NCBI GenBank assembly: GCA_038882955.1
Contig: JAVZNC010000005.1
Coordinates: 60,853 to 124,852 of the forward strand
Origin: Candidatus Bathyarchaeia archaeon
GTDB lineage: Archaea; Thermoproteota; Bathyarchaeia; Bathyarchaeales; Bathycorpusculaceae
Direction of reading: 5' to 3'
Length of the DNA stretch: 64,000 bases
Positions 18,832 through 27,843 of this stretch are shown one piece after another. Position 1 is the stretch's first letter, and the number at the start of each line of letters is the position of its first letter. Under the pieces are notes generated by a model. It ran no database searches. It had not been told where the DNA came from and worked only from the letters and a program-made list of their open reading frames with translations. The position numbers were made by a program, and so were the translations under genes.

Positions 18832-18873
18832 ACACCCCAAAATAAAAGATGTGCGTTTGTTTGATTAATGTTG

Positions 18874-19374
18874 TTATGCCTCAATGAGTTCTTCGTTTAT
18901 CCACCATGCTTTTTTCTTTCCCATTTTTTCTCCCGGATAATATTCGATTATTGGTTTTCCAAGCTGCTTCTTCGAGAGTTTTTCTATTCTTTTTAGCCTG
19001 TTCAATACTAGCCATCTGTTTGTTTTTAGGTAGTCTGCCAGTTCTGGTGTTGTTGCGCCTTTGTAGTGTATGAGGTAGTCTACTATTTTGTGGTCTGTTT
19101 CGTCAGTGCAAAAGTTGTGTGGATTTGTTTTTCCCCTTTCGTAGGTTAAAAGTTCCAAATCTGCAAGGTATTTTCTTACTTCTGCAAACTCCTTTTCTAT
19201 GCGGCTAATTCGTTCTTCGAGTTCTAGGATTTTGTCTGGTTTTGGTGTTTTTTGCAGCTTTTCCATTATTGCGTCTCGGATGAAGTCGCTTCTTTCGCCT
19301 TCTGGAACGCGGATGAGCATCTCCTTGTAGACTTCTTCTGGGATTTTAACGGAAATTACCCTTAACTTCTCCAC
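18874..19374 (-). CDS. Ribbon-helix-helix (CopG-like) + coiled coil + winged-helix DNA-binding protein
   Basis: RVISVKIPEEVYKEM...RSDFIRDAIMEKL RHH; C-terminal GATTPELADYLKTNRWLVLNRLKRI HTH. Confidence 0.78.
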   Translation of the reverse strand: MEKLRVISVKIPEEVYKEMLIRVPEGERSDFIRDAIMEKLQKTPKPDKILELEERISRIEKEFAEVRKYLADLELLTYERGKTNPHNFCTDETDHKIVDYLIHYKGATTPELADYLKTNRWLVLNRLKRIEKLSKKQLGKPIIEYYPGEKMGKKKAWWINEELIEA

Positions 19375-19498
19375 GTTACTCCCGCCAAGGTTAATGTTTA
19401 TAATCCTGAGTATTTCATGGTTTCTTCTTTAGGGTTTCTTTCGGAAATTTTTTAAAAGCTACAGCTTAACTCTAAACCGAGGTTGAAGTGATTAAGAA

Positions 19499-20620
19499 AT
19501 GCCGAGAAAAACCACAATTTCGCTAATCAAATGTGATGTAGGCTCTTTAGCTGGACACCATGTTGCGCCGAAACCCCTTCTTGCTGTAGCTGAAAAAAAC
19601 CTTAAAAAAGCGGCAGAGGAAGGTTTGATTAACGGTTACTACGTGTTCAATGTTGGAGATGACATTCAGCTTTTAATGGTTCATGAAAGGGGCGAATCAA
19701 ACCCAGATGTGCATAAACTTGCCTTTGAAACCTTTAAAGAAGCAACAAAAAAGGCGTTAGAGCTTAAACTCTATGGCGCTGGACAAGACCTTCTAAAAAA
19801 CGCTTTTAGCGGAAACATCCGCGGCATGGGACCAGGTGTCGCAGAGATGGAAATTGAAGAGAGAGGTTCAGACCCGATGGTTGTTTTCGCAGCGGACAAA
19901 ACATCTGCGGGTTCATTTAACTATCCGCTTTTCCGGATTTTTGCTGATCCCATGAATACGGCTGGGCTTGTTATCGACACGAACATGGCTGGAGGCTTTA
20001 GGTTTGAGGTTATGGACACGGCGGAAAACAAGAAGGTTGTTCTCAAATGTCCAGAAGAGATGTACGATTTGTTGGCTTTGATTGGCACAGTCCAGCGCTA
20101 CATGATTTCTCGTGTGTGGAGAGCGCGAGACAACCTAATATGTGCTGTTGGCAGTGTAACCAAACTTTCGCAGATTGCTGGAAAGTATGTTGGAAAGGAT
20201 GATCCAGTGATGATTGTGCGCGCGCAGCATGGGCTTCCAGCTGTCGGAGAAATTTTGGTGCCTTTCTTGCACAGTTATCTTGTTGAGGGGTGGATGCGTG
20301 GAAGCCACTGGGGACCAATAATGCCAGTAAGCCTGAAAGATGCGAAATGCACGCTTTTCGATGGACCCCCAAGGATTGTGGCATTAGGGTTTCAAGTTTC
20401 AAATGGCAAGATTGCATGCGACGACAATGGTAGACCAATGATTGCAGACCTGTTTGATGATCTAGCCTTTGCTTTGGCTAGGCGCGAGGCTTTAACGTAC
20501 GCCGCGATGCTTAGACGTATGGGCGAATTTGAACCAGCGCGTTTGGGACCAGAAGAGATGGAGTACACTACGCTGCAGCAGATATTGGATAGGCTTAAGG
20601 AACGCTTCGAACCAGCCTAG
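19499..20620 (+). CDS. fbp: Bifunctional fructose-1,6-bisphosphate aldolase/phosphatase (class V)
   Basis: KCDVGSLAGH, VGDD, LYGAGQDLL, FSGNIRGMGPG, GKYVGKDDP, GWMRGSH.GP, FDGPP, EMEYTT. Confidence 0.96.
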   Translation: MPRKTTISLIKCDVGSLAGHHVAPKPLLAVAEKNLKKAAEEGLINGYYVFNVGDDIQLLMVHERGESNPDVHKLAFETFKEATKKALELKLYGAGQDLLKNAFSGNIRGMGPGVAEMEIEERGSDPMVVFAADKTSAGSFNYPLFRIFADPMNTAGLVIDTNMAGGFRFEVMDTAENKKVVLKCPEEMYDLLALIGTVQRYMISRVWRARDNLICAVGSVTKLSQIAGKYVGKDDPVMIVRAQHGLPAVGEILVPFLHSYLVEGWMRGSHWGPIMPVSLKDAKCTLFDGPPRIVALGFQVSNGKIACDDNGRPMIADLFDDLAFALARREALTYAAMLRRMGEFEPARLGPEEMEYTTLQQILDRLKERFEPA

Positions 20621-20632
20621 AAAGGCGTGTGC

Positions 20633-21205
20633 TTAGGCGAGCTTTGCTTCGTTTTTCCTTATGCTAGCTAATTCCTCGCATCTGTTCTTGACAATTTCGT
20701 AAAGCCTTTTGCGTAAGTCTTCGCCGAAGAGCTTCTGTTCTTTTAATAGGAAAACCTTTCTTGCAAGTTCAACGTCGCCCAGTCCGGTGAACCATGCTTC
20801 AAAGTCTCCACGGTTCACGTGAAACTCGATTGACTCCAAACTGACCTTTAAGAGTTTGTCGCAGAAGTCGTTTAGGCTTGCAGCGTGAATGTTTAACGGC
20901 TTTCCAATGTCAACGTAAAAATGAAAAGACTTTTCAAGTGGCAAGTAAGCCAAAATTTCGGCTGCCTTCCCATAATCTATTTCTGGAAAGCCAAGTGCTT
21001 TACGTCCCTTCTCTGTTAGGAGGTAACTCCCGTTCTCCATGGCTTTTAAGTAACCCATCCGCGCAAGCTGCATTATATGCATCCGCACTGAACGCGGGTC
21101 AAGCCCAACCTCTTTTGTTATTTCCGTGACTTTCACTGGTTTCTCTGAAACCCACATGGTTTCGAGAATCAGTCTTTTAACTGGCGATATACTCATCGTA
21201 ATCAC
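20633..21205 (-). CDS. Winged-helix regulator fused to a DUF5752-like domain
   Basis: N-terminal wHTH (YLLTEKG wing); C-terminal FHFY...AASLNDF...SIEFHVNRGDFEAW. Confidence 0.75.
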   Translation of the reverse strand: MITMSISPVKRLILETMWVSEKPVKVTEITKEVGLDPRSVRMHIMQLARMGYLKAMENGSYLLTEKGRKALGFPEIDYGKAAEILAYLPLEKSFHFYVDIGKPLNIHAASLNDFCDKLLKVSLESIEFHVNRGDFEAWFTGLGDVELARKVFLLKEQKLFGEDLRKRLYEIVKNRCEELASIRKNEAKLA

Positions 21206-21321
21206 TTACAGTTCTATTATCTTGTGCTTATAGCCTTTTCAAATTTTCGCATCCACGCCGCGAGGAAACGTAAATAAGGGATGTTTTAATAAGCAATAGC
21301 ACCGTTTAGACTGGAGAACTG

Positions 21322-22581
21322 GTGAAGGCTATGAAGATGGCTGTGCTTGTCTACGAGTATCCGCCAAAAATAGTTGGAGGTTTAGGCACATACGCGGCTG
21401 AAATTACGCGTAAATTCGTCTTAATGGACCATGACGTGACTGTTTTCACGATGAATGATGATGAGGGCAGCCTTCCAACAAGGGAGATTTGGCGCGGAAT
21501 CGAAATTCACCGTCCACTACACATCGACATATCCGACTCGCTGCCAGACGTGGTTGCCGAAGACGTTAAGAAGTGGGGCAGGGGCATCCACCTATTCTCG
21601 AAAATACTTGTCTACAATTACCTTAGCGCCTCAAAACTCGTTAACGAATTAATCAAAAAGGAGAATTTCAAATACGACATCGTGATTGCGCATGACTGGC
21701 TCTCGGCGATAAGCGGCATAACAATAAAAAAGGAGGCTGGGCTGCCATTCGTTTTCCATGTGCATTCAACAGAGAAGGGGCGCACTCTTGGAAACGGGTC
21801 AGAAGTCGTAAGCAACATTGAACTGCATGGCGCAAAGGCAGCGGACATGATAATAACTGTTTCTTATGCGATGAAAGACGAGCTTACAAAACTTGGCTTC
21901 CCACAAGAGAAAATCCAAGTCTGCTACAACGGCGTTGACCCGCAAAAGTATAATCCAGAAGCAGCGAACCCTGAACAAGCCAAGAAAGTTAGAGAGTTTT
22001 ATGGGATAAAGGATGACGAGCAGATGATTCTTTTCCTCGGAAGACTTGTAGGAGTTAAAGGCGTGGACAGGCTTATTATGGCTATGCCGCATGTGCTGCA
22101 GAAAATTCCAAAAGCGAAACTCGTCATCGTTGGCGTTGGAGACTTGCAAGACTACCTTGTAAATCTCGTCAAAACCATGAGGCTTCAAGACGTTGTCAAA
22201 CTAAACTATGACTTTATCTCAGAAGAAGAGCGAATCCTACATTACGCGGCATGCGACGTCGCGGTTTTCCCAAGCCTTTACGAACCATTTGGAATAGTGG
22301 CGCTTGAAGCAATGAGCATGGAACGTCCAGTTGTTGTTGGAGCAGCAGGCGTAAGCGGAATGCGAGAAGTGGTTATATGCTGCGGCGAAGAACAATGCGG
22401 CTTTCACATAAACCCAAACAGTCCAGTTGACATCGCGTGGGGCATAACAAGCGCCTTGGAAAGTCCAGAAAAGAAAAAATGGCTTGGAAAAAACGGCAGA
22501 CGCAGAGTTCTCGAAGAGTTCACTTGGGACAAGGTGGCTGAAAGAACCATTGAACTTTACGAGCAAGTGTTAAAGCGCTAG
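21322..22581 (+). CDS. Glycosyltransferase family 4 (glycogen-synthase-like)
   Basis: EYPPKIVGGLG, AHDW, HSTEKGR, FLGRL...KG, PSLYEPFGIVALEAM. Confidence 0.92.
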   Translation: MKAMKMAVLVYEYPPKIVGGLGTYAAEITRKFVLMDHDVTVFTMNDDEGSLPTREIWRGIEIHRPLHIDISDSLPDVVAEDVKKWGRGIHLFSKILVYNYLSASKLVNELIKKENFKYDIVIAHDWLSAISGITIKKEAGLPFVFHVHSTEKGRTLGNGSEVVSNIELHGAKAADMIITVSYAMKDELTKLGFPQEKIQVCYNGVDPQKYNPEAANPEQAKKVREFYGIKDDEQMILFLGRLVGVKGVDRLIMAMPHVLQKIPKAKLVIVGVGDLQDYLVNLVKTMRLQDVVKLNYDFISEEERILHYAACDVAVFPSLYEPFGIVALEAMSMERPVVVGAAGVSGMREVVICCGEEQCGFHINPNSPVDIAWGITSALESPEKKKWLGKNGRRRVLEEFTWDKVAERTIELYEQVLKR

Positions 22582-22610
22582 AAAACGTTATTAAAATTTT
22601 AGGTGAACCG

Positions 22611-23228
22611 TTGAAAGCGAGCCGCGCAGAAAAGCGCAAGAAAGTTGCGAGGGAGGCAGCCAACCTAATCTATTTTGGCATGGAAAAGGAGTTTAAACAA
22701 GCCAAAGTTAAGGCTGCAGATGCGCTTGGCGTGAAGTTTCTCCCAACAAACATTGAGGTAGCCATCGAACTTGACAAAATAGCCGACGAGTACGAGGGAA
22801 AAGCCAGACAAGAGCGACTAAACAAAATGCGGCGGGAAGCCCTTGAAGTGATGAAGCTTTTAGCGAAGTATCATCCAACAGTTGTCGGAAGCGTCTGGCG
22901 CGGAACAATACACCATCAAAGCGACATAGACATAATAGCTTTCCACGACAAACCAGAAGAAGTGCAAGAGACTCTGGAAAAAAGCGGCTTAAAAATTGTT
23001 CACGCGCAATCAATAACAGCTATGGAGAAAGAAGAGAAACGCACGACATTCCACATTTTTCTCGAGTCGCCAACAAAAGAGGAAATCGAGGTTATTGTGC
23101 ACAGTCCAGAAGAACGCTCAAGAAAAGAGAAGTGCGACGTCTACGGCGACATCATAACTGGTCTAGACGTGGAAGAGCTTGAAAAACTGTTAAAAGAGAA
23201 CCCGACAAAACGTTTCGTGCCTTTTTAG
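22611..23228 (+). CDS. Nucleotidyltransferase-domain protein (Pol-beta superfamily)
   Basis: VGSVWRG...SDIDI motif. Confidence 0.82.
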   Translation: MKASRAEKRKKVAREAANLIYFGMEKEFKQAKVKAADALGVKFLPTNIEVAIELDKIADEYEGKARQERLNKMRREALEVMKLLAKYHPTVVGSVWRGTIHHQSDIDIIAFHDKPEEVQETLEKSGLKIVHAQSITAMEKEEKRTTFHIFLESPTKEEIEVIVHSPEERSRKEKCDVYGDIITGLDVEELEKLLKENPTKRFVPF

Positions 23229-23310
23229 CGTATTTCACCCCGTAGAGATTTAAATACACGATTTCCAAATTATATCTTAAAGATGGACAATAAAGGCTGA
23301 AGGTGCAAGC

Positions 23311-23661
23311 TTGGAGTTCGACAAAGAAACTTTCAAGAAGATGTTTCCAAACCTAGCTAAAGAACTGGAATCTGACGAGCACAAACTCTCAATAGACTCC
23401 GTGCGGACGGAAGCCGAGGCTGGAGAAAAGAGGGCTTCTTCAAAGAAAAACTTCACAAATTACATGCCAGACGTCATTGACTTTATACGCAGATGCGACA
23501 ATGAAGAGCAAGCAGAAGAAATAATCGCATACATGGAAAGAAGGGGTGAAATAGGAAAGGATTATGCCGCCCAGCTTAGAAGGCAGCTAAAGGCGAAAGG
23601 CGTAAGAAGCTTTGGTCCAAAAAAGGAAGAAAACTATTACCTTAAACATGGCGAGTTATAA
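23311..23661 (+). CDS. DUF2095 family archaeal protein
   Basis: FKKMFPNLAKEL, PDVIDFIRRC, IIAYMERRGEI, GVRSFGPKKE..YY. Confidence 0.85.
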   Translation: MEFDKETFKKMFPNLAKELESDEHKLSIDSVRTEAEAGEKRASSKKNFTNYMPDVIDFIRRCDNEEQAEEIIAYMERRGEIGKDYAAQLRRQLKAKGVRSFGPKKEENYYLKHGEL

Positions 23662-23675
23662 GCAACGCATAAAAC

Positions 23676-24446
23676 TTAAACTTGTTCTGGTGGAACTTTG
23701 TCTGGCGCGTAACCCGTAAAATGTTTTAAACCATACTTCTCCAAGCGTCTCGTCACGTGCGGGTAGAGAGTAAGCTCTTCGATTTCTAATTCTCCAGCCA
23801 ATTCTGGACCTATCCGCCTAAGCCTACGCTTCAACACTTGAATATTTTCTTTGGTTGAAAAAGAGGACATCACTGAAGGGTGACAGCTAACGCCATTTTC
23901 CACGAGCAACTGCAAGGCTTTTAACTGGAGCGTGAAGCCTTCTGGCTTGGCGCCAGTTAACCTCGCAAACTCTTCTTCGCAGCAGCCCTTTAAAGAAACT
24001 CTCACGTGAACAAACTTGTGTTTTGCTAGGCTTTCAGCGTAACTTTCATCAATGGCTATTGGTATGCCGTTTGTTTCGAGAATAAAACGGTAGCCTTTTC
24101 CCTCTAATGCCTCGAGAAGACCGAGCAGATGGGTCTTTCCTATTGTTGGTTCTCCGCCGCTTACTCTTAAAAGCTTTAAGCCGCATTTCTTGGCTAAGGC
24201 AACTAAACCCTCAGCAACTTCACGCGGCGTGTAAAACTTTCCAACGTCTGCGGGGCGAAGCATAACTGCGTCTGCAACCCAACAAAATCTACATAATAAG
24301 CCGCATCCAACACAGTCGGCTGTTACAATTCCCCCATACCACCTTGCTGGTCTAACGCGGTAATATTTTCGCTCAAGACCATCTGAACCTAAACGTGTAA
24401 CTAGCTCTTCGATGGCTAGATGCCTCTGAACAGCATCGTAAAGCAA
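23676..24446 (-). CDS. Radical SAM protein of unknown function
   Basis: TADCVGCGLLCRFCW (CxxxCxxC), RVSGGEPT, FILETNG, VRVSLKG; start proposed at TTG 24446 (uncertain). Confidence 0.9.
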   Translation of the reverse strand: MLYDAVQRHLAIEELVTRLGSDGLERKYYRVRPARWYGGIVTADCVGCGLLCRFCWVADAVMLRPADVGKFYTPREVAEGLVALAKKCGLKLLRVSGGEPTIGKTHLLGLLEALEGKGYRFILETNGIPIAIDESYAESLAKHKFVHVRVSLKGCCEEEFARLTGAKPEGFTLQLKALQLLVENGVSCHPSVMSSFSTKENIQVLKRRLRRIGPELAGELEIEELTLYPHVTRRLEKYGLKHFTGYAPDKVPPEQV

Positions 24447-24765
24447 GTCCAGCGTCTCCAAAACGATTTTGGCGCAAACCCTTATTACCATTATGCACTT
24501 CAATAACTCATTTGAGTGCCCTAAGCATAAAGCCTTTCTTGGGCAATACAACGTTGTAAATGTACGAAAGGGGTTCAAGTGGACGCGGAAGGCAAGGAAA
24601 TGGATGTTTTCATTTTTGAACTTTCACAAGTTCATGAAAGGGGCAGCTGCAAACGCGGCGGTGAGGGGTAAGTATATACGAAACCTTGGCGTGTATTCTA
24701 AAAGTAAATAAATAAGCCAATAAATAATAGAAAGCCAACAACTTCAAATTCGTGGAGGACAAGCT

Positions 24766-26490
24766 TTGAAAAAAGCTGCAACAGTAACATTCGTCATCAT
24801 GCTCATCATGGCTATTGCCATGCAATTCTCGTTTCAAATTAAATCAGCAGAAGCTCAAGGCAGCTTTGGTGTAAGCAGCGTGTACCATAACATAGGGATA
24901 ATGCGCAACGGCTATGTTGTAATAAACGACACCATTGAATTTTCTGGGCAGCCGCCAAGCAATTTCCTTGTAGGGTTTCCATACAAGTACGGCGCATACG
25001 TCCAGAAATGCGTAGCCTACAACGAAACAACACTTTTTCCAGCAACACTCGACGTGCCTCTAGGCGAACGCGCAGGATTCTACGCTGTTAACGTGACCTT
25101 CTTGGATGTGTCGCCACAAAAGTTTACGGTTTTGTTCATACTTTCAAACGCGCTTCTAAATTATTCTGGAACAACGTACACGTTAGATTTTCCCGCGTAC
25201 CCAAGCCTAACAGAAAATGTTGAAAATTGTAGTGTTAAAATCGGTTTGCCCTCTGGCGCGGGAAGCATAAGCATTTCAAAAGACGGCGAAACATCGAACA
25301 AAACAGAATTTTACATGGAAAACTTGCCCGCCTACACATATTCAACAGCAACGGTTGCGTTCTCATTAACAGGCGATGAAATTCAAATGTTGGACATTAA
25401 GGAGCTAAACCGTGAGATATCCATAAGCGGAACAGGCGAAATCCAATGTTCAGACAGCTACTATATAACAAATGAAGCCCCTTCAGACATGGGTTACATG
25501 ATAATAGTTCTTCCGCCAAACGCCTCCAATCCAATAGCTTATGACCAGTTTGGAAGAAGCATAAGCTCAAGTTGGGTGAACCAAGCGGCGGGGCTATACA
25601 AAGTTAATTTTGCTTTGCCGCTTAAAAGTTACGAGTCGGGTAGGTTTAACATAGGATATGCCTTACCAAGCCAAGATTATTTTGCAGCGCAAGACACTTT
25701 TAATGCAACTTCGCTTTTATTCCAGAACGTTGACTACTATGTGGAAAGCGCTTCTTTGACTCTGACGCTGCCAGAAGGCGCCAAGATAACAAATCTCGAA
25801 AACACCTTTACCGAAAGCATAAGCGAAATTTCAAAAGGCGTTTTTCAAGAAACGTTAACGATTAATTTAGACTATGCAAGCTACGTGGACGGCGTGATTC
25901 CGCCAGTGAAAGTTTTGCAGGTTGGCTACGAATATAATCCATTATGGTTGGCGTTCCGTCCAACATTGTGGATTTGGGCTTTGTCTCTTGTTGGTTGCGC
26001 GGTAGCAGTTGTTTGGAAGAGACCGAAGGCTGCTGCTCCAGTTCAAGTTGCAGTTGTGGCTGCGAAACTGCAGCTCGAGTACGTTAAATCTTTTGTGCGG
26101 ATGTATGAGGAAAAGCGTAAAATACTTTTCGAGTTAGACTCTTTGGAAGACAGAGTTCGCAGGGGAAAGATTCCGAGAAGACGCTACAAGGTGCAGAAAA
26201 GAACGTTTGAGATGAGGCTTAACACCTTGGATAGAAGCTTGGCGGAGTTCAAGGAGAGAATGCGCAAGGCTGGAGGCTTATATGCGGATTTGATGCGGCA
26301 ACTTGAAATTGCAGAAACAGAAATTAACGAGGCAGACACAAACATAAGAAGCATTGAAGTGCGCCACAGTCAAGGAACCCTATCGCTAGAAGCTTACAGA
26401 AAGCTTTTGGCTGATTACCAGCAGAGGAAAGAGAAAGCGCAAACATCAATTAATGGAATTCTGTTAAGATTACGTGAAGAAACTCGCTGA
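24766..26490 (+). CDS. Type I membrane protein, ribophorin-I (RPN1/Ost1)-like
   Basis: Signal peptide, about 360 aa beta-rich exterior part with many NxS/T sequons, LTLTLPEGAKI motif, YEYNPLWLAFRP + TM helix, cytoplasmic helical bundle. Confidence 0.65.
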   Translation: MKKAATVTFVIMLIMAIAMQFSFQIKSAEAQGSFGVSSVYHNIGIMRNGYVVINDTIEFSGQPPSNFLVGFPYKYGAYVQKCVAYNETTLFPATLDVPLGERAGFYAVNVTFLDVSPQKFTVLFILSNALLNYSGTTYTLDFPAYPSLTENVENCSVKIGLPSGAGSISISKDGETSNKTEFYMENLPAYTYSTATVAFSLTGDEIQMLDIKELNREISISGTGEIQCSDSYYITNEAPSDMGYMIIVLPPNASNPIAYDQFGRSISSSWVNQAAGLYKVNFALPLKSYESGRFNIGYALPSQDYFAAQDTFNATSLLFQNVDYYVESASLTLTLPEGAKITNLENTFTESISEISKGVFQETLTINLDYASYVDGVIPPVKVLQVGYEYNPLWLAFRPTLWIWALSLVGCAVAVVWKRPKAAAPVQVAVVAAKLQLEYVKSFVRMYEEKRKILFELDSLEDRVRRGKIPRRRYKVQKRTFEMRLNTLDRSLAEFKERMRKAGGLYADLMRQLEIAETEINEADTNIRSIEVRHSQGTLSLEAYRKLLADYQQRKEKAQTSINGILLRLREETR

Positions 26491-26557
26491 TCAACCTAAA
26501 GGCTTTTATTCCACTAGTTTTCTTTCAATGAGAATCTAACTGTGAGGGGTAAGGAAA

Positions 26558-26740
26558 ATGGTGAAAATAGTGGTTGATAATGACAAGTGCAGTGGATGTG
26601 GAACATGTGTTGACACATGCCCCGTAGGCGTTTACGAATTGAAAAATGGAAAATCTGTTCCAGTGAAACCCGAAGAATGCCTCGTCTGCAGAGCATGCGA
26701 AGTCCAATGTCCAGAAGGCGCAATCCAAGTCATCGAATAA
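26558..26740 (+). CDS. 2[4Fe-4S] ferredoxin
   Basis: CSGCGTCVDTCP and CLVCRACEVQCP. Confidence 0.95.
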   Translation: MVKIVVDNDKCSGCGTCVDTCPVGVYELKNGKSVPVKPEECLVCRACEVQCPEGAIQVIE

Positions 26741-26778
26741 ATCAGCAGCAACCCTTGCTTTCACCCTATTTTAGGTTC

Positions 26779-27843
26779 TCATTTCAAATTCCAAAAAGGC
26801 TCTTGAGCTTTCTTATTTTCCCTCAAAACTTTTTCACCCAGCTTTCTTGCGTGTGCACTTGAAGCCACAACAGAGTCGTCAACAATATAGTTTAAGCCGC
26901 CCATTTTTGCGATGGCTAAGGCTGCCAGTTTTCCAACAAGCTTTAGGCTGTAGCCTCCTTCTAAAACGAAAACAAGTTTCTCATCGCACAGTTTAGATGC
27001 CAGCTTAACAATTTCTTCATAAATTCTTCCGTAGCAATGGGCCGATAGGGAGAGGTTTGCAATTGGGTCTGTGTATTGTCCGTCAAGACCAGCTGAAACA
27101 AGCATAAATTGGGGTTTGTACTGGCTTATTATTGGAACAGCTATTTCATTAAATGCCTTAAGGTATAGCGGGTCATTCGTCCCAAAAGGCAATGGAACAT
27201 TAACGTTGAAGCCTAATCCCTCGCCTTCTCCGATTTCATCTACAAAACCTGTTCCTGGAAAACTCCTTGGGTCTTCATGTAAACTAATGTACAGAACCTT
27301 GTCTGTTCCATAGAATATTTCTTGCGTGCCATTCCCGTGGTGCGCGTCAATATCCAAAATTAAAACGCGGTTTAAGCCAAAATCTTTCAGCAAGTGTTGA
27401 GCGGCTACAGCAACATTGTTGAAGATGCAGAAGCCGGCAGCGCTAAATTTTCCAGCGTGATGTCCAGGAGGTCTAACAAGTGCAAAGGCATTTTCAAATT
27501 GCCTTTTCATCACTAGATCAACAGCTTTAAGCGCGCCGCCAACAGCGTAAGTGGCAACTTCAAAGCTCTCAGTTGAAACAACAGTGTCTCCAGAATCCAG
27601 TATCCCTCCACCAGCCTTGCAAACGTTTTTAACAAAGCGAATGTACTCTGGGTCGTGGACAAGCTGAATCTCGTCTAGGCTTGCTCTTTCTGGTTCTACA
27701 AACTGCCAATTCCTACTTTTCGAGATTACGCCCGTCCTCAATTCCTTTATGATTGCGCTGAGGCGCCTTGCAGATTCGGGATGCCCCTTACCAGTGTTAT
27801 GCCGATAATACTTTGGTGAAAAGATAACCGCCGTTTTAGTCAT
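26779..27843 (-). CDS. Histone deacetylase family protein (second copy)
   Basis: HPESARR, RPPGHHA, GFCIFNN, DIDAHHGNGTQ, FPGTG, LEGGY. Confidence 0.94.
   Translation of the reverse strand: MTKTAVIFSPKYYRHNTGKGHPESARRLSAIIKELRTGVISKSRNWQFVEPERASLDEIQLVHDPEYIRFVKNVCKAGGGILDSGDTVVSTESFEVATYAVGGALKAVDLVMKRQFENAFALVRPPGHHAGKFSAAGFCIFNNVAVAAQHLLKDFGLNRVLILDIDAHHGNGTQEIFYGTDKVLYISLHEDPRSFPGTGFVDEIGEGEGLGFNVNVPLPFGTNDPLYLKAFNEIAVPIISQYKPQFMLVSAGLDGQYTDPIANLSLSAHCYGRIYEEIVKLASKLCDEKLVFVLEGGYSLKLVGKLAALAIAKMGGLNYIVDDSVVASSAHARKLGEKVLRENKKAQEPFWNLK

Noticed and set aside
18682-19374. tRNA-Arg plus CopG-like gene as an integrated element
   Set aside because: No integrase, no duplicated tRNA 3' end seen, and the flanking genes are metabolic or housekeeping.
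22611-23661. Nucleotidyltransferase + DUF2095 as an MNT-HEPN toxin-antitoxin pair
   Set aside because: The second protein has no HEPN RxxxxH motif, the genes are 82 nt apart, and the NTase is longer than a minimal MNT.
24447-24578. Longer N-terminus of the radical SAM ORF
   Set aside because: It runs through an intergenic, promoter-like stretch and has no family-like sequence; a downstream TTG with a GGAG element is more plausible.
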